From: Octopus sinensis
Taxonomy: Eukaryota
Direction of reading: 5' to 3'
NCBI RefSeq assembly: GCF_006345805.1
Contig: NC_043003.1
Span: 14,570,001-14,634,000, forward strand
DNA: 64,000 nucleotides
The notes below the pieces were generated by a model. The model was not told the origin of the DNA. It saw nothing but the letters and a program-made list of their open reading frames with translations, and made no database searches. Made by a program: the position numbers and the translations under genes. Numbering within the stretch: position 1 is the stretch's first letter; each line of letters begins with the position of its first letter. This document shows, in pieces, positions 59,698 to 64,000 of the stretch.

Positions 59698-60974
59698 TTC
59701 GGTTGTCAAGAAAATTCTTGTGGTTTTTAACCTTTAAATTCAGATGCACATATCTGGGCTCAAACAAAACTTTATTAATCGAAATAAACACCATCAGAAT
59801 CAACACACTTTTGCCAACGCGAAATCAAGTTTATTTATGCCAGTAGCATAAAAAATCCTGCATTCTGGTGGCGATGAAGTCGTTGAGGGTGTGTTTGGCA
59901 TCGTCTTGGGTTTTGAAGCATTTCTCGTACAGGAAGTTGTTGAGGTGCTTGAAAAGTGGTAGTCGGTAGGCGAGAGGTCTGGTGAATATGGCAGATGAGG
60001 CAGAGTTTTGTAGCCCAATTCGTTCAACTTCTGCAGGGTCAGTTGTGCGACATGTGGCTGAGTGTTGTCATGGAGAAGAATTGGTGCTTTCCAATTGACC
60101 AATGCAGGCTGTTGTTGTCAGAGTTTCTTATGCATTTCATCCATTTGCTGACAGTACTTCTCTGCCGTAATGGTTTTGCCTGAATCCAAAAGGCTGTGAT
60201 GGATAAGACTGGCTGCAGACCACCAAACACTCTCCATGACCTTCTTTTGGTTCAACTTTGTCTTCAGGAAGTACCGTGGAGCTTTGTTGGCATCCAACCA
60301 CTGAACTGAATGTCGCCTATTGTCATAAAGAATCCACTTCTCATCACAAGTCACAATCTGGCCGTTCGTATTGTGTAAAAGAAGGGAAGACGACATTTTA
60401 AAATGGCATTTTTTTGGTTGTTGTTCAATTTGTGCAGCATCCATTTCTCAAATAATTTTGTTTTTTCAATCTCTTTCAAGTGGTTGGAATTTGTCGTATA
60501 TGTTATGTCTAATTCAGAAGCAAGCTCTTCAACAGTTGTGTGAGGATTGGCTTCCACTGAGGCTCTTAGTTGTTCATTGTCAACATCCGATGGCCGACCA
60601 CTACACTTATCATCTTCAAGACTCTTGTCACCGCTACAAAATTTCTTGAACCACCATTGTGCTGCCCGTTCATTAGTGATTCATGGGCCAAATGCATCGT
60701 TGATGTCACAAGCTGTTTCAGCAGCTTTTTGGCCTAGCTTGAACTTGAATAAGAAAATTGTGTGAATATGCTTTTTGTCCATGTTGTATTCAATGTTCCA
60801 GAAAAAAATGGCTAAATTATTCAAAAAGAAAAAGAGTAACATGATTAGATAGAGCGAAAAACAGGCTTTAAAATGATATATATAAAGTCAAAGTAATTTA
60901 ACGAAAATTAATTTGAAAATACATAATTTAAAACCAAATTTTAAAATTCTGCAAGAACTTTCTTGGCAACCTAA
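59698..60974 (-). mobile_element. Full-length mariner DNA transposon (1277 bp), transposase pseudogene 60782-59775
   Basis: Imperfect TIRs TTCGGTTGTCAAGAAAATTCTTG / TTAGGTTGCCAAGAAAGTTCTTG, TA on both sides. WFKKF.SGD.SLED HTH; DD34D triad TCDEKW, LHDN, YSPDLSPTDY; C-terminal CVDSDGVYFD*; several stops and frameshifts. Confidence 0.93.
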
Positions 60975-61789
60975 TATATATTCATTTTCAAACTTAATAA
61001 TAATAATATTAATAATGATAATAATAATAATAATAATAATAATATTAATAATAATAATAATATATATATATGTGTGTGTGTTTATGAATTTGTGTTGAAA
61101 AAATTGAAAGATTAGGCATCCAGTCAGGCCTTTCACAATACCCTCAAAGCCAGGAACTTTTCAGTATCCACTGATATATATTTCTCTGTCTGTTTGTCTC
61201 TCTATATGTATGTATATATATCTTCAGCATCATCAACATCATCAACATTTAATGCCTGTTGTCCATGCTTTGTTTCTTTTGTGAATTCTCCCCCCTATAT
61301 ACGTATATATATATATATATATATATATTATTTACATACATATATATATATATATGTGTATATATATTTATACACACCTGCACAAATGTGTGCACTTACA
61401 TATGCACATAAACGACGGAAGGATAGAAGATTTGGTAAAGCCTTGGACAAAAATTGCACAAAGCATTTGCATATTATCTGATTATATCTTTTTAGAATTC
61501 TAAGTTTAAAAATCCCACCTTGGGGTCTCTTTACCGATGATCCCTCAGCAGTAGCCTTTATGAGCAAGCTTGTGTGTGTGTGTGAGTGGAATTTAAACAA
61601 TTATATGCATGTCATAGAGGGATGTGCTCCAGTCTGACCACAGTCCAGTTATTGACGGAAACCTGTATAATACAATAAATGGATTATTGTCAGTCAGTGT
61701 GGTTGTCAAATTCTTTAGAGATTGATTTTAATCTGAACTGAAAAATGAAAACCATTTTTGATCTGATACAAACAATGTCAATATTCCAA

Positions 61790-62880
61790 CACACACACTC
61801 ATACATATACTCACATACACACACACACACATGCACTCACACACGTGCACATACACACACATATATATGCTCACACATACACATGCTCATGCATACACGC
61901 ATACACAAGCTCACACACATACACATACTCACACATACACATGCTTACACACACATGCTTACACACACACCTGCATACACATGCTCACACACACACACAC
62001 ACTAATATAGGTGTGCATACAAAAACACATACACACATACACACATACACACAAAAGCATTTATACGCACATACACAATGAGAAACATATGCACACACGC
62101 ACATAGACATAAACACACAAACACTTATACACACAAAAAACATGCACATACACAAACATGGGCATACATACACACACATGCACACACATACACATACAGG
62201 TACATACACACATACATATACACAAACAGATACAAACATATACACACACACACACAGAGATATATCCACACACACACTTGCATGCAAAATCTCATACACA
62301 CACATTTACACAAACATATACACACATACACACACATACACACACAATTACACACATGCACAGAAATCTCATGCACACAAAATACACACATACGCAAACA
62401 TGTACATACATATACATATATACACACTCCAACACATGCACACATACACACAAAAAACTCATACAGACAAACACATATATGTAAACACGTACACACACAC
62501 ACATATATATATATATATACACATACATACATGAATACATACAGACACATATACATACACACAAAAGCTCATATACATCTACATACATATATACACACAA
62601 AACACATATCAAATGCATACACACAAAAACATGCACACACATGCATACGCACACACACACAAAAGCCACCCATACACATACAGCCACACACACACAATTA
62701 CATACACACAAAAACACACACACAAAAAACCACCCATACACATACAGCCATATACACACAAAACGCGCACACACATGCATACATGCACACACACAAAAAC
62801 ACACACACATACACATACAACCACACACAATTACATGCATACATGATGTATACATACAGATATACACAAGCACCCTCACT
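61790..62880. repeat. Degenerate (CA)n/(CATA)n tract
   Basis: Direct reading. Confidence 0.95.
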
Positions 62881-62904
62881 CACTCACAAGTTTCTCTCTA
62901 TCTT

Positions 62905-63073
62905 CTCTCCTCCTCCTCCTCCTCCTCCTCCTCCTCCTACTACTACTACTACTACTACTACTATTACTACTACTACTACTACTACTACTACTATTACTAC
63001 TACTACTACTACTACTACTACTATTACTACTACAACTACAACTACAACTACTACTACTACTACTACTACTACA

Positions 63074-63105
<32 letters not shown>

Positions 63106-63435
63106 TACAACTAATACTACTACTACTACTACTACTACAACTACTACTACTATTACTACTACTACTACTACTACTACTATTACTACTACTACTACTACTT
63201 ACTATACTACTACTACTACAACAACTACTACTACATTACTACTACTTACTACTACTACTACTACTACTACTACTTACTACTACTACTATACTACTACTAC
63301 TTACTACTATACATATACTACTACTACTACTACTACTACTACAACTACTACAACTACTACTACTACTACTACTACAAACTACTACTACTATTACTACTAC
63401 TACTACTACTATCTACTACTACTACTACTACTACT
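62905..63435. repeat. (CCT)n followed by long (TAC)n microsatellite
   Basis: Direct reading. Confidence 0.95.
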
Positions 63436-63797
63436 CCCATTCTTTCCCCCACCCCATGGACTTTTTTTTTCCTTTTCTGTGGAATTTATTCAACCAGTTC
63501 TCACTCTATTCTGCCAGTTGTCACTTAGCTCTCTGCCAATCTCTCTCTCTCTCTCTCTCCTCTCTCTATCAGTCTCTATCTGTCTCCCTCTCTCCATTTC
63601 GCTTATCAGTCTCTTTGTTGCATATGCACTTTCTCTCCCCCTCTCTCTCTCATTCTCTCTCTCTCTCACACATGCTCACACATGTTTGCACACAGTGTCT
63701 GTCTGTTGGTCTGTCTGTCTTTCACTCACAGCTTTCAATTTGTCTATATACTTAGCTATTTTTTATCATTCCTCTACCTGCCTTTTTCTTTCTCTCT

Positions 63798-63847
<50 letters not shown>

Positions 63848-64000
63848 TATACATATATACATACAAAATTAAGGGAATGACTACTAAAGTGGACACCCTT
63901 ATGCTAAACATAGACGTCAAATCGTTATTATCATGAAGAATGTGTTCTCAGAGAGAACACATTTTCACTCTTTACTTGTTTTCTGTCATGTGACTGCGGC

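Noticed and set aside
62078-63841. 587-aa ORF, the longest in the window
   Set aside because: Entirely (CA)n, (TAC)n, (CT)n and (TA)n translation; these repeats simply lack stops in that frame. No domain, no coding signal.

Overview
Eukaryotic, repeat-saturated, essentially non-coding window. It most likely comes from an octopus (coleoid cephalopod) genome; this is inferred from the extreme microsatellite load and the tRNA-SINE/RTE/Dong repertoire, not proven. I cannot support any host protein-coding gene. Nearly all long ORFs in the track are microsatellite artefacts or transposon remnants. There is one 100-N scaffold gap (9708-9807). LINEs: a CR1-like copy whose endonuclease part is inverted relative to its RT (1-1470); about 18 pieces of a (GAT)n-tailed RTE family, the longest with a C4HC3 PHD finger inside the RT domain (39271-41075); a BovB-like RTE 3' end; and Dong/R4 copies sitting in (TAA)n arrays. 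DNA elements: one full-length and one deleted mariner, a hAT (Buster/Charlie) remnant and two non-autonomous Helitrons. Also present are at least three tRNA-derived SINE groups with shuffled modules, a CpG-decayed 5S rRNA copy and a Penelope-like ORF remnant. The most notable signal is a set of several distinct short non-coding elements carrying minimal hammerhead-ribozyme-like motifs with different core variants, mostly beside (TA)n tracts or inside long fold-back hairpins. Element boundaries are read by eye and approximate unless TSDs or TIRs are quoted.
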